Part shown: positions 19,207 through 28,126 of the stretch, piece after piece
Layout: each line of letters starts with the position of its first letter
How positions within the stretch are numbered: the stretch's first letter is position 1
Origin: an uncultured Candidatus Saccharibacteria bacterium
Lineage (GTDB): Bacteria > Patescibacteriota > Saccharimonadia > CAILAD01 > JADZBC01
Direction: 5' to 3'
DNA length: 61,778 nucleotides
Assembly: GCA_964496815.1 (NCBI GenBank)
Contig: CAZCAO010000003.1
Span: 1-61,778 of the forward strand
Notes under the pieces: model-generated
What the model was told of the DNA's origin: nothing
What the model saw: only the letters and a program-made list of their open reading frames with translations
The model's database searches: none
Translations under genes and position numbers: made by a program

Positions 19207-21672
19207 ATGTATCTCAAGAAAATAGAGCTGGTTGGCTTCAAGTCTTTCGGTGGTAGGTCGGCTATTGAATTTAATCAAGGTCTTGTGGCGATCGTGGGGC
19301 CGAATGGTTCAGGCAAAAGTAATGTCGCTGACGCGGTGCGCTGGGTGCTTGGCGAACAGAGCACTCGCCTCCTTCGGCTTAACAAGTCCGAAGAGTTGAT
19401 CTTTGCTGGGACTGATAAGAAGGCCATGGCTAGTATGGCTGAAGTTTCCTTGCTGTTAGATAATTCACAAGCTCGCATGTCGGTTGATGCTCCCGAAGTA
19501 GAGATTGTGCGCAGGCTATACCGTAGTGGCGAGAGTGAATATCGCCTGAATGGCAAAAAAGTTCGACTTGGTGAACTTCAAGAGCTTCTTGCTCAAGCTG
19601 GTTTCGGGCAAAACTCTTACACCGTGATTGGCCAGGGTATGGTCGAAAAAATGCTCTTAACTCCGCCACGCGAACGCAAAGAGTTATTCGAAGAGGCTAG
19701 TGGTACAAAGCAGTTTGAAATTCGTCGTGCCAGATACATTAAGAGCTTGGAGCAAACACGGCAAAATATGGTCGAACTACAACAGCTTATTAGCGAGCTT
19801 GAGCCTCAACATGCTGCCGCCCTTGCCGACTCAGCAGCTTTGGCAGCCCGCCATGAGCTTGAGGGGCAAATTCGTGATGCCAAGCAGGCGTTGTTGCTCA
19901 CCGAAGTCATTCAGACCAAGGCTAATTTGGCGGCTATCGAAACGAATATTGCCCGCTATACAGCACAACGCGACGAGCTACACGAAAAATACAATTTACT
20001 ACAGGCTCAGCGCGAAGAGCACAATAAGCAGCGCGAAGACATGCAGAAACAACGTCGACGAGCCATTGCAGATCATACCAAGCTATCTGCAGAGCGGCTG
20101 ACCATAGCCGAACAGATTGCTGTCTTAAAGGCTCAGCAGGCTATGGTGGGCACGGACACAAATGCCGATAAGCAGCACGAAAAAGCAGAACTCACGAAAC
20201 AGTTAAAAACCATAGTTAAAAAGGTCGCAACTATCGAGGGCAAGATCGGGAGTGTCACAGAGCGTATTGCAGATTACGACAAGAAGGTTACACACATTGA
20301 GTCTGTCCTCAAGGAGCTTAATACACTCCTCGGTTCGCACCGTCGACATTTACAGCGAGGGCAGAAGCGTGAGTACTTGAATCATGCCCTAGGCTTGTTA
20401 AATCTGCTTGCCCACAATGACAATGTCGCCACCATGGACAAGGCAGATCGTGAGTTGGCGTTGCATAAGATGAGACGTATGATCAAGCTAGCTCTCGAAG
20501 ATCAATCAGAGCTGATTGCCCAGGAAATTACGAGTCTTCAGACGAAGATTACTCGGCAAATGAGCAAGCGTGAGGAATTGGCCGAACAGCGCAATATGGA
20601 GATAATTCGCTTGCGTGGCTTGGAACTAGACCAGGCAGGTTATCAGGAAGATAAGGTTAAGTGTGAGGAGCGTATTGCCGAGCTCACTAATCTAGTCGAA
20701 GCCGATGCACGTCATGACGCCGATAGCGTTACGGCGCTGGCAAAACAGGAAGCAACTTTGCGAGCTAAGCTTGCCATCCTCGATGATGGGATCGCAAAAG
20801 CGCAGCAGATTATCGCGGTGGAAGAAAACTTTGTAGCAGGTCAGGCAAACAAGCAGGACCGCGCTATTGAGGATCTTATAGCCCGTCAGGCGGAAATTTC
20901 AACCTTATTGCAGGAGGAAACACGTCAGGCCAAACAGCTGACCAAACAGCTACAGCAAAAGCAGTCGGCATATGAAACTTCGTATGGTTCTCTTACCGAT
21001 ACACTAGCTGCCAAGCCCCATATGACAGCAGAGCAGCTTGCAAAGCTTGAGGCTCGGCTTGAAGCGACAGAGCGCATTGAGGCTAGCTCTATCCAAAGAG
21101 CTCAAGAGCTTGGCGAACGCCTTAAGAGGCTTCAAGGCCAATATGCCGACCTTGAAGGCGCTGCTAATGACACCGAGGCATTGATTACTCGCTTGGACAA
21201 GGATATTCAAAAACGCTTTACGGATAACTTCCAGGCGATCAACAAGAAGTTCGGTCATTTTTTCGGCGAATTGTTTGGGGGTGGTACAGGTCAGTTGGTC
21301 TATCAGGCTCGAGATGATGGTGAGTATGGTATCGAGATTACCGCCACGCCTCCTGGTAAACGCACCCAACAGCTTGCCATGCTGTCTGGCGGCGAACGTT
21401 CGCTAGGTGCGATAGCCCTGCTAGCGGCGATTATGGCCGTTAACCCAAGCCCCTTTGTTGTGCTTGATGAGGTTGATGCGGCACTCGACGATGCAAATTC
21501 GCAGAAATTCAACAAGATCCTGAAGGAACTTGAGGCCAAAATCCAGCTTATTGTGATTACTCATAATCACGAAACTATGCAGGCAGCCCAGCAGCTTATT
21601 GGCATTACAAGTGATACTCATGGGGTCGCTATGGCGGTTTCGGCACAACTCAGTTCTACTACCCCTGTATAG
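19207..21672 (+). CDS. smc: SMC-family ATPase, short (821 aa), no recognisable hinge
   Basis: GPNGSGKSN, VIGQG Q-loop, LSGGE, VLDEVDAALD, ITHN; coiled coils between. Confidence 0.85.
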   Translation: MYLKKIELVGFKSFGGRSAIEFNQGLVAIVGPNGSGKSNVADAVRWVLGEQSTRLLRLNKSEELIFAGTDKKAMASMAEVSLLLDNSQARMSVDAPEVEIVRRLYRSGESEYRLNGKKVRLGELQELLAQAGFGQNSYTVIGQGMVEKMLLTPPRERKELFEEASGTKQFEIRRARYIKSLEQTRQNMVELQQLISELEPQHAAALADSAALAARHELEGQIRDAKQALLLTEVIQTKANLAAIETNIARYTAQRDELHEKYNLLQAQREEHNKQREDMQKQRRRAIADHTKLSAERLTIAEQIAVLKAQQAMVGTDTNADKQHEKAELTKQLKTIVKKVATIEGKIGSVTERIADYDKKVTHIESVLKELNTLLGSHRRHLQRGQKREYLNHALGLLNLLAHNDNVATMDKADRELALHKMRRMIKLALEDQSELIAQEITSLQTKITRQMSKREELAEQRNMEIIRLRGLELDQAGYQEDKVKCEERIAELTNLVEADARHDADSVTALAKQEATLRAKLAILDDGIAKAQQIIAVEENFVAGQANKQDRAIEDLIARQAEISTLLQEETRQAKQLTKQLQQKQSAYETSYGSLTDTLAAKPHMTAEQLAKLEARLEATERIEASSIQRAQELGERLKRLQGQYADLEGAANDTEALITRLDKDIQKRFTDNFQAINKKFGHFFGELFGGGTGQLVYQARDDGEYGIEITATPPGKRTQQLAMLSGGERSLGAIALLAAIMAVNPSPFVVLDEVDAALDDANSQKFNKILKELEAKIQLIVITHNHETMQAAQQLIGITSDTHGVAMAVSAQLSSTTPV

Positions 21673-21771
21673 GGATTGACTTTTACCCTGGTTTATAGGT
21701 AGAATAGTGTGTATTGATTTTAACCCCTGTCAGAACTCTTTAGGTAGGCAGGCTAATATGAAAAGGAAACT

Positions 21772-22269
21772 ATGCTCGTAATTAGATTGGCCCGTGGAGG
21801 TCGCAAGAAATACCCAGTGTACCGCATCGTAGCCGCTGACAAGCGTCGTGCCGCTACCGGTAAGTCCGTTGCTATTTTGGGCACATACAACCCGCATACC
21901 AAGGAGCTTAGCTTCAAGAAAGACGATCTTGCTAAGTATATTGCCAATGGCGCCCAGCCATCAGAGGCTGTGCTGCGTCTGATGCGCAAAGACGGCATTG
22001 AGCTGCCTAAGTGGGCAGTAATTGTCGACAAGCACCGCAAGCCGAAGAAAGAGCCAGAAGCTGTCGAAGAAAAGCCAGCAGAATCAGCAGAAGGTGAAGC
22101 GACTGTCGAAGTTGCCACTGAAGCTACCGAGGCGAAGGAAGAAGTTGCTGCTGAGACGCACAACGTCGATAACGCCGAAGCCGCTGAAGCCAAAGACGAC
22201 ACCGCTACGACTGAAGCTGTGGCAGACGCCGCTGTAGAAACTGCTCAGGCCGAGAAAGCCGCCGAGTAA
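21772..22269 (+). CDS. rpsP: 30S ribosomal protein S16 with long acidic C-terminal extension
   Basis: MLVIRLARGG, YRIVAAD, LGTYNP, GAQPSEAV. Confidence 0.95.
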   Translation: MLVIRLARGGRKKYPVYRIVAADKRRAATGKSVAILGTYNPHTKELSFKKDDLAKYIANGAQPSEAVLRLMRKDGIELPKWAVIVDKHRKPKKEPEAVEEKPAESAEGEATVEVATEATEAKEEVAAETHNVDNAEAAEAKDDTATTEAVADAAVETAQAEKAAE

Positions 22270-22287
22270 CCACTAGCTGACGTATCC

Positions 22288-22319
22288 AAGAAGCCTGCAT
22301 GACAAAGCAGGCTTCTTTC
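22288..22319 (+). terminator. Intrinsic terminator after rpsP
   Basis: AAGAAGCCTGC / GCAGGCTTCTT 11-bp stem. Confidence 0.8.
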
Positions 22320-22353
22320 GTTACAATAAAGGCATAATTGTAAGGAGTTGATG

Positions 22354-22755
22354 ATGTCCGACACGACCGAAATGGATCAAGCCTTTGTAGAATACGTAGT
22401 CAAAGCCATAGTGGATAACCCAGATAAAGTAGTGGTTACACGATCAGTTGATGATCGCGGGGTATTGCTTGAGCTGAGCGTTGACCCAGAGGATATGGGT
22501 AAGATTATCGGTAAAGCAGGTGCTACTGCCAAATCGATCCGCACTTTATTGCGCGTGCTTGGTGCCAAAAGCGATGCACGGTTTAATCTAAAGATCGTTG
22601 AGCCTGAAGGGGGCGAGACTTCGCCACGCAATCATGAGGAAACAGCGACAGCACAGCATGATCAGTCTGATCAGCCCGAGGAAGAAGACCGTACGGCAGC
22701 TATTAAGGCCAAGGCTCGCGAAGGTCTCGATGGGCTTGATGATTTAGACATATAG
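22354..22755 (+). CDS. khpA: KH-domain RNA-binding protein KhpA
   Basis: DMGKIIGKAGATAKSIR GxxG motif; follows rpsP; AAGGAG SD. Confidence 0.9.
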   Translation: MSDTTEMDQAFVEYVVKAIVDNPDKVVVTRSVDDRGVLLELSVDPEDMGKIIGKAGATAKSIRTLLRVLGAKSDARFNLKIVEPEGGETSPRNHEETATAQHDQSDQPEEEDRTAAIKAKAREGLDGLDDLDI

Positions 22756-22775
22756 ATAGTTCACGGCTTACAGAA

Positions 22776-22802
22776 GCACCCCGTCTACATACGGGGTGTT
22801 TG
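22776..22802 (+). terminator. Intrinsic terminator after khpA
   Basis: GCACCCCGT / ACGGGGTGT stem plus T-run. Confidence 0.7.
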
Positions 22803-22858
22803 ACTTTGGGTATAAACATGCGCACAATAAGCATAAGAATTAATTAAGGAAACAGAGA

Positions 22859-23845
22859 ATGGGACCGACTCGGCCTACCGAACCAAGAGCAGACGGCGCC
22901 AAGAAGGATGATTTCCCGAGCATAACGCGTGCTGAGCGTGCACGAGACCTCCAGGAAGAGTTACGTGCAGTAGCCTCTACCGATGGCTGGGAACCTCAAT
23001 CTTTTCGCCAGGATAATCCCACGCATGACTCACCGGGCAGTGAATCCAGTGCTACCACATTCGCAAGTCTCGGCACGCTAACCCCGGGACAGATCGATAG
23101 GATCGGATATCTAAAGCATGGCAGGCATCGAAGCGCCGAGGTTCCACCGGACTTAACTGTAGATGTCCCAGAATCGATGTGGCCAAAAATGAAGCACGTA
23201 GATAGGCTAGTTCGATCGGGCAGTGATCACGTTGTTACTGAAGAAGTGGCAAGCCGCATTGGGACTACTGAAGGAAGGGTTAGGAGCCTAGATACTACCA
23301 CACCAAGTGGTCCGCTCAACATCGAAATGTCTATTGCAGGTATAAGGCCTACTGATGGCGAAACCAATGGAACATCTGGTCGTCATCACATGGAGACTGC
23401 CGAGAGGAGGGGCTTAAGGCAAGAAATTAGCCGCGAGGTTCAGGGGCTAGCAACAGAACTCTACAAGAGAAATCCAAGTTTGTATTCATCTATGTCTGTG
23501 GAGGATTTCACGAGAACGTTCGCTGAATATGTGAAAGACAAAGAAGAACTTGCGACCATAGAGTTGGGTGAAATTCAAGATGAATCCGCACAAGTTGCTC
23601 AAATAGAGCGAATCCTAGGCGAGCTTGGGCCAGACGTTGGCGCCCAATGGGTTCTTGACGCACTTACTGATCAGGTAGACTTACCGGACATGCCTCAGCA
23701 CCAGACATTCGAGAACTTCATAGCAAAGGTACTAGAAAATAAAAAGCAGGCGATTGAAGCGGCTAAGATCCGGGCGCAACGACAGCGCGAATATATGGCC
23801 GAAAAGTATGGCGAGGATCCTCATATAGACCGAGGTATTAACTAA
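22859..23845 (+). CDS. Hypothetical protein
   Basis: 328-aa ORF with own promoter TTGACT-17-CACAAT and AAGGA SD. Confidence 0.75.
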   Translation: MGPTRPTEPRADGAKKDDFPSITRAERARDLQEELRAVASTDGWEPQSFRQDNPTHDSPGSESSATTFASLGTLTPGQIDRIGYLKHGRHRSAEVPPDLTVDVPESMWPKMKHVDRLVRSGSDHVVTEEVASRIGTTEGRVRSLDTTTPSGPLNIEMSIAGIRPTDGETNGTSGRHHMETAERRGLRQEISREVQGLATELYKRNPSLYSSMSVEDFTRTFAEYVKDKEELATIELGEIQDESAQVAQIERILGELGPDVGAQWVLDALTDQVDLPDMPQHQTFENFIAKVLENKKQAIEAAKIRAQRQREYMAEKYGEDPHIDRGIN

Positions 23846-23878
23846 CGACTTAGCTTATAGCATGCTACAATAGCAGCT

Positions 23879-24553
23879 ATGAAAATTAGTATAGTTACAT
23901 TGTTTCCAGAAATGTTCGAGGGGCCGTTTGCGCACTCCATGATGTGGAAGGCACAAAAGGAAGGTCTCCTAGAGCTCGACGTTGTGAATCTGCGTGATTA
24001 CGGCGAAGGACCGCGCAAGACCGTTGATGATACTCCATACGGTGGTGGTGCTGGTATGGTGCTGAAGTGCGAGCCGGTGTTTGCTTGCATTGAGGAGATT
24101 AAGCAAAAATCACCGAGCGCAAAGGTGCTGATGATGACGCCACGTGGCAAGAAGTATTCTCAGCGAGAGGCGCAGCGACTCAGTGTTGAGCAACACCTTG
24201 TAGTACTTTGCGGCCATTATGAGGGCTTCGATGAACGGATCCTGAGTATTGTAGATGAAGAGATATCGATGGGTGATTTTGTACTAACTGGCGGCGAAAT
24301 TCCTGCTATGGCAATAATTGACAGTGCAGTACGGCTTATTCCTGGCGTGCTCGGTCATGCTGACTCCGCCCACGATGAATCATTTAGTATTGGACTACTT
24401 GAGTACCCACAGTACACGAGGCCCGAAGAGTTTCGAGGCATGAAAGTGCCAGAGGTGCTCAAAGGCGGAAACCATGCCGAGATCGCCCAGTGGCGTAAGG
24501 CTCAGTCGATAGAGAAGACCAAACAGGCTCGACCCGACCTACTAGACTTCTAG
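23879..24553 (+). CDS. trmD: tRNA (m1G37) methyltransferase TrmD
   Basis: VDDTPYGGGAGMV, CGHYEGFDER, SMGDFVLTGGE, YPQYTRP. Confidence 0.97.
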   Translation: MKISIVTLFPEMFEGPFAHSMMWKAQKEGLLELDVVNLRDYGEGPRKTVDDTPYGGGAGMVLKCEPVFACIEEIKQKSPSAKVLMMTPRGKKYSQREAQRLSVEQHLVVLCGHYEGFDERILSIVDEEISMGDFVLTGGEIPAMAIIDSAVRLIPGVLGHADSAHDESFSIGLLEYPQYTRPEEFRGMKVPEVLKGGNHAEIAQWRKAQSIEKTKQARPDLLDF

Positions 24554-24610
24554 CCATTATTTGACCATTATTGCGCTTATGCCTATACTGGTAAATGATA
24601 ACCATAGGCT

Positions 24611-25738
24611 ATGATGAATCCAGTAAAACCTGAAGCAGGTGGCGTTAAACCACCCGAACAGAACGCAGAGCAGGCTAACAACGACCAAGGTAAGCAGCTT
24701 CAAGCTGATTTGTTGGCTATTGCTGCTTCGCAGGCAGAAGTACCAACAGATGAGTCAACCGAGGTAGCGGCTGCTCCTACTATGGGACGAGCCGAGGCGA
24801 AGGGCGCAGCAATTGGCAGAAAAATCGATAACCTTGCCGAACGTGGTAGCGATGCCGTTGCATCTGGTAAAGAAAAGCTCAGTGGTGCAGCTGATACTTT
24901 GGCCGAAAAAGCCTACGATGCGGCTGGTGCAGTTGATCGCGGCATCAAAAGCATTAAAGAACGAGCTAAAGGCGTACGTGAGCGGGTCGAGAAGGGCGCT
25001 GATCTAGCAACTGAAAAGCGCAAAGACGCTGTGGCTGCTGCCAAAGAAAAGTCTAAGAAGGCCATGCTCGTCACGATTGGTTTGAGCATCGCAGGAGCCG
25101 AGGCAGTCGCGAACATTCCTGAAAACGTGAAGAAGCAAGGCAAAAAGATCGGCGAGACCCTCAATCGTTGGGCTTCAAAAGCCATGGAGAGAATTTCCGG
25201 CCGTATTAAGAAGACCAAAGAGAGTGTTTCCAACGTCATTAGTGGTGCTGCCGAGAAAGTCGGCGATGTAGTCGAGTCGGGGCTGGAAGCAGTAGATAAG
25301 AAATTAAAGGACTGGGAAGCTAGGCTCCAAGAGGCTCGTGAGCGCGCCGAGGCTGCTGCCGAAGAGGCACGTAGAAAAGAGCTCGCAAAGGCTTACGTCG
25401 AGGCTCGAGTTGAGCAGGCAGCGGATATTGCCCGCAAGGCAGCTGAGAAAGAAACCAACGGCAAAACCAGCGAGGAGCTCGAAGGCTTACTTAAGGACAT
25501 GGGTGAAGAAGCGGCAATCGAGGACGCCGATGTGGCTGCCGACAAGGCTGCGGCGAGCGTTGCTATGCCAGAGGCACCAGCTGAAGTCAGTTCGGCGAGT
25601 GAGGTACCAGTAGAGAGCACGCTTGATAGCGGCGAAGCAGCTGCGCCTGTTGCCGAGTCTACACCTGAGCCCGACGCCGAAGTATCTGCGACACCAACAC
25701 CTGCGCCGAGCGCAGCTCCACAGCCAATAGCCGCATAA
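24611..25738 (+). CDS. Ala/Lys/Glu-rich helical low-complexity protein (LEA/apolipoprotein-like)
   Basis: Composition; own promoter TTGACC-17-TATACT; Pro/Ala/Glu-rich tail. Confidence 0.75.
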   Translation: MMNPVKPEAGGVKPPEQNAEQANNDQGKQLQADLLAIAASQAEVPTDESTEVAAAPTMGRAEAKGAAIGRKIDNLAERGSDAVASGKEKLSGAADTLAEKAYDAAGAVDRGIKSIKERAKGVRERVEKGADLATEKRKDAVAAAKEKSKKAMLVTIGLSIAGAEAVANIPENVKKQGKKIGETLNRWASKAMERISGRIKKTKESVSNVISGAAEKVGDVVESGLEAVDKKLKDWEARLQEARERAEAAAEEARRKELAKAYVEARVEQAADIARKAAEKETNGKTSEELEGLLKDMGEEAAIEDADVAADKAAASVAMPEAPAEVSSASEVPVESTLDSGEAAAPVAESTPEPDAEVSATPTPAPSAAPQPIAA

Positions 25739-25748
25739 TGAGGAAACA

Positions 25749-26129
25749 ATGATGCAAGAAACGATTGAAGAGATTATTCTAAAAGAGCTTGGTGCCGAGG
25801 GGATGGCCGAGGAGGCCAAACAGCAAATGCTCGATGACATTTCTGAGAGTGTTCAAAACTACTTCATTGCTTTTAGTTATCAGAAGCTTAGTGAGGCCGA
25901 TAAGCAAGAGCTAGAGAGGCTAATCGACGCTGGTGATGAGGCTGCTCAAGACGCCTTCCTAGCAGAAAAAATCCCAAACAGGTCTGAGGTTATCCAGCAG
26001 GCTGTCGACCAGACGGTGGCTGATATCCGCGAGTCCCAGGCAGAGCTCGATGCGGAGCTAGCCGATATGAATAATTCCGTCGCGCAGCCGCCACTTACTC
26101 CGCCGACTCCACCCGCCCCGGCAGTCTAG
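25749..26129 (+). CDS. Small acidic helical protein (resembles DUF5663-type CPR proteins)
   Basis: ELG.EGM.EE.KQQML..I...V...F...LSEAD..EL..L pattern recalled from CPR; Pro-rich tail. Confidence 0.6.
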   Translation: MMQETIEEIILKELGAEGMAEEAKQQMLDDISESVQNYFIAFSYQKLSEADKQELERLIDAGDEAAQDAFLAEKIPNRSEVIQQAVDQTVADIRESQAELDAELADMNNSVAQPPLTPPTPPAPAV

Positions 26130-26181
26130 GACTTTTGAGCTATGTTGTGGTTGGTCTAAATATTTGCTAGTATAGATACCT

Positions 26182-27126
26182 ATGACAAGTGTTATCTCCG
26201 TTAAAAATGTTAAGAAATACTTCGGCGATGTGAAGGCCTTAAATGGCGTTAGCATTGAAGTTGAAAAGGGCAAGATCTATGGCCTGCTAGGTCCTAATGG
26301 TGCTGGCAAAACCACTTTGGTACGAGCTTTGGCAACCCTGCTTGAGACGGATAGCGGCAAGATTCAGATTAATGGCCTAGATGTTGCAGCTAACCAAGAT
26401 GAAGTAAGGCGTATGATTGGATTGGCTGGTCAGTTTGCGGCGATTGATGAGTTTTTGACTGGCCGCGAAACACTCATGATGGTAGCTCGGTTGTATCACG
26501 TTCCCAAAAAGGAAGCCAAAAAAAGAACTGAGGAATTGCTGGAGCGATTAAGTTTGGTAGATGCGGCAGATCGTCCTGCTAAAACATATTCGGGCGGTAT
26601 GCGTCGTCGCTTGGATCTAGGAGCAAGCTTAGTGGGTAAACCTGACATTATTTTTATGGATGAGCCGACTACGGGGCTGGACCCGCGTACCCGTCAAGAA
26701 CTTTGGGAAATTATTCGCGAGCTCGTCGACGAAGGCCGCACTTTGCTTTTGACCACCCAGTACTTAGAAGAAGCTGATGCACTGTGTGATTACATTAGTA
26801 TTATTGATCGCGGTAAAGTAGTGCAGGAGGGTACTGCCAATCAACTTAAGGCAAGCCTGGGTCGCGATGTAGTTGAGGTGCATGTGGCATCAGTCGACCA
26901 GGAGCAGGCGATGAGTCTCATGAAAACAATCGCGAAGTCAGAGCCAAAAGTCGATGAAATGACACGTTCGATCAGTATTCGGGCCGCCAAAGGAACCGAT
27001 ACGCTTTTGAAAGTAGTGGCAGTTTTTGGTGAAGCAAAAGTTAAGATCCGTGACATCTCCGTGCATCGCCCAAGCCTGGACGATGTGTTCTTGGCAGTGA
27101 CCGGCAAAAAAGGGAAAAAGTCATGA
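26182..27126 (+). CDS. DrrA-type ABC exporter ATP-binding subunit
   Basis: GPNGAGKTT, YSGGMRRRLD, MDEPTTGLDP, TTQYLEEAD. Confidence 0.93.
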   Translation: MTSVISVKNVKKYFGDVKALNGVSIEVEKGKIYGLLGPNGAGKTTLVRALATLLETDSGKIQINGLDVAANQDEVRRMIGLAGQFAAIDEFLTGRETLMMVARLYHVPKKEAKKRTEELLERLSLVDAADRPAKTYSGGMRRRLDLGASLVGKPDIIFMDEPTTGLDPRTRQELWEIIRELVDEGRTLLLTTQYLEEADALCDYISIIDRGKVVQEGTANQLKASLGRDVVEVHVASVDQEQAMSLMKTIAKSEPKVDEMTRSISIRAAKGTDTLLKVVAVFGEAKVKIRDISVHRPSLDDVFLAVTGKKGKKS

Positions 27127-27890
27127 AGGCAGCCTTGCTTGGTATGAGTGATATTTGGGTATTGATTAAGCGCAACCTGATGCGTTTCCGCCGTACTCCT
27201 CAGGTAGTGGTGTTTTCGTCTATTCAGCCGATTATGTTTTTGACCCTATTTAACTATGTATTCGGTGGGGCAATTGGTGTGGCAACCGCCGGGCCGTACA
27301 TTAATTTCCTGCTCCCAGGCATCATCGCGCAATCTGCATTATTTGGTACACTCCAGACGCCAATCGCATTGATAGAAGATTTGGATCGTGGTTCGATTGA
27401 TCGATTCCGTAGTCTGCCGATTCTTCGAGCTGCAGTACTGGCGGCGCGAACCGTGAGTGACAATATGCGTACTATCTTTGTGCTCCTACTCTTGTTTGGG
27501 GTCGGTGTAATTATGGGCTTTGATGCTACCGCTCCAGCTTGGCATGTGGCAGGCGCTTTGGCACTCGTAGCATTCTTTAGCTACGCGTTCTCTTGGCTGA
27601 TGGCTGCTATGGGGCTCTTTATTCGCAATGGTGAAGCCATGCAGACCGCCGGTTTCTTGCTTGTTTTCCCACTTACGTTCGCTAGCTCAGTTTTTGTACC
27701 CGTTCAGAGTATGCCCGAATGGCTCCAGGTATTTTCACGCAACCAGCCTGTTACGCAAATTGTGAATGCTACACGTGCACTTATGTTCGGCGGAGACTTA
27801 AAGGCGGTTTGGATAACACTCGCTTGGGCCGTTGGTATTTTGGCTGTCGGAGTGCCGCTAGCCATATGGAAGTATCGACGAACCGTTTAG
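27123..27890 (+). CDS. DrrB-type ABC-2 permease
   Basis: 6 TM, GSIDRFRSLP, SSVFVPVQSMP.WLQ.F..NQPVT. Confidence 0.92.
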   Translation: MKAALLGMSDIWVLIKRNLMRFRRTPQVVVFSSIQPIMFLTLFNYVFGGAIGVATAGPYINFLLPGIIAQSALFGTLQTPIALIEDLDRGSIDRFRSLPILRAAVLAARTVSDNMRTIFVLLLLFGVGVIMGFDATAPAWHVAGALALVAFFSYAFSWLMAAMGLFIRNGEAMQTAGFLLVFPLTFASSVFVPVQSMPEWLQVFSRNQPVTQIVNATRALMFGGDLKAVWITLAWAVGILAVGVPLAIWKYRRTV

Positions 27891-27963
27891 TTACTAGCTC
27901 TAGAAATATCACGGAGTTTCAGGTAAAATATCAGGGTTCTTTTTAGGATATGTTCTTGAACGA

Positions 27964-28038
27964 TGGGACGTGGCCAAGTGGTAAGGCGCTTGATTCTGGC
28001 TCAAGAGATCGAAGGTTCGACCCCTTCCGTCCCAGCCA
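27964..28038 (+). tRNA. tRNA-Gln(CTG)
   Basis: T1-A72 acceptor TGGGACG/CGTCCCA, anticodon arm CTTGA-TTCTGGC-TCAAG, encoded CCA. Confidence 0.96.
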
Positions 28039-28049
28039 AGTATTTATTT

Positions 28050-28071
28050 GGGCTCAACAGAGCCCTTTTTT
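28050..28071 (+). terminator. Terminator after tRNA-Gln
   Basis: GGGCTC-AACA-GAGCCC plus T6. Confidence 0.8.
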
Positions 28072-28126
28072 GATTCTGCCCGGATTATGTGCACATGTTA
28101 TAATGAAGCCATAATACAGGCTTTAT

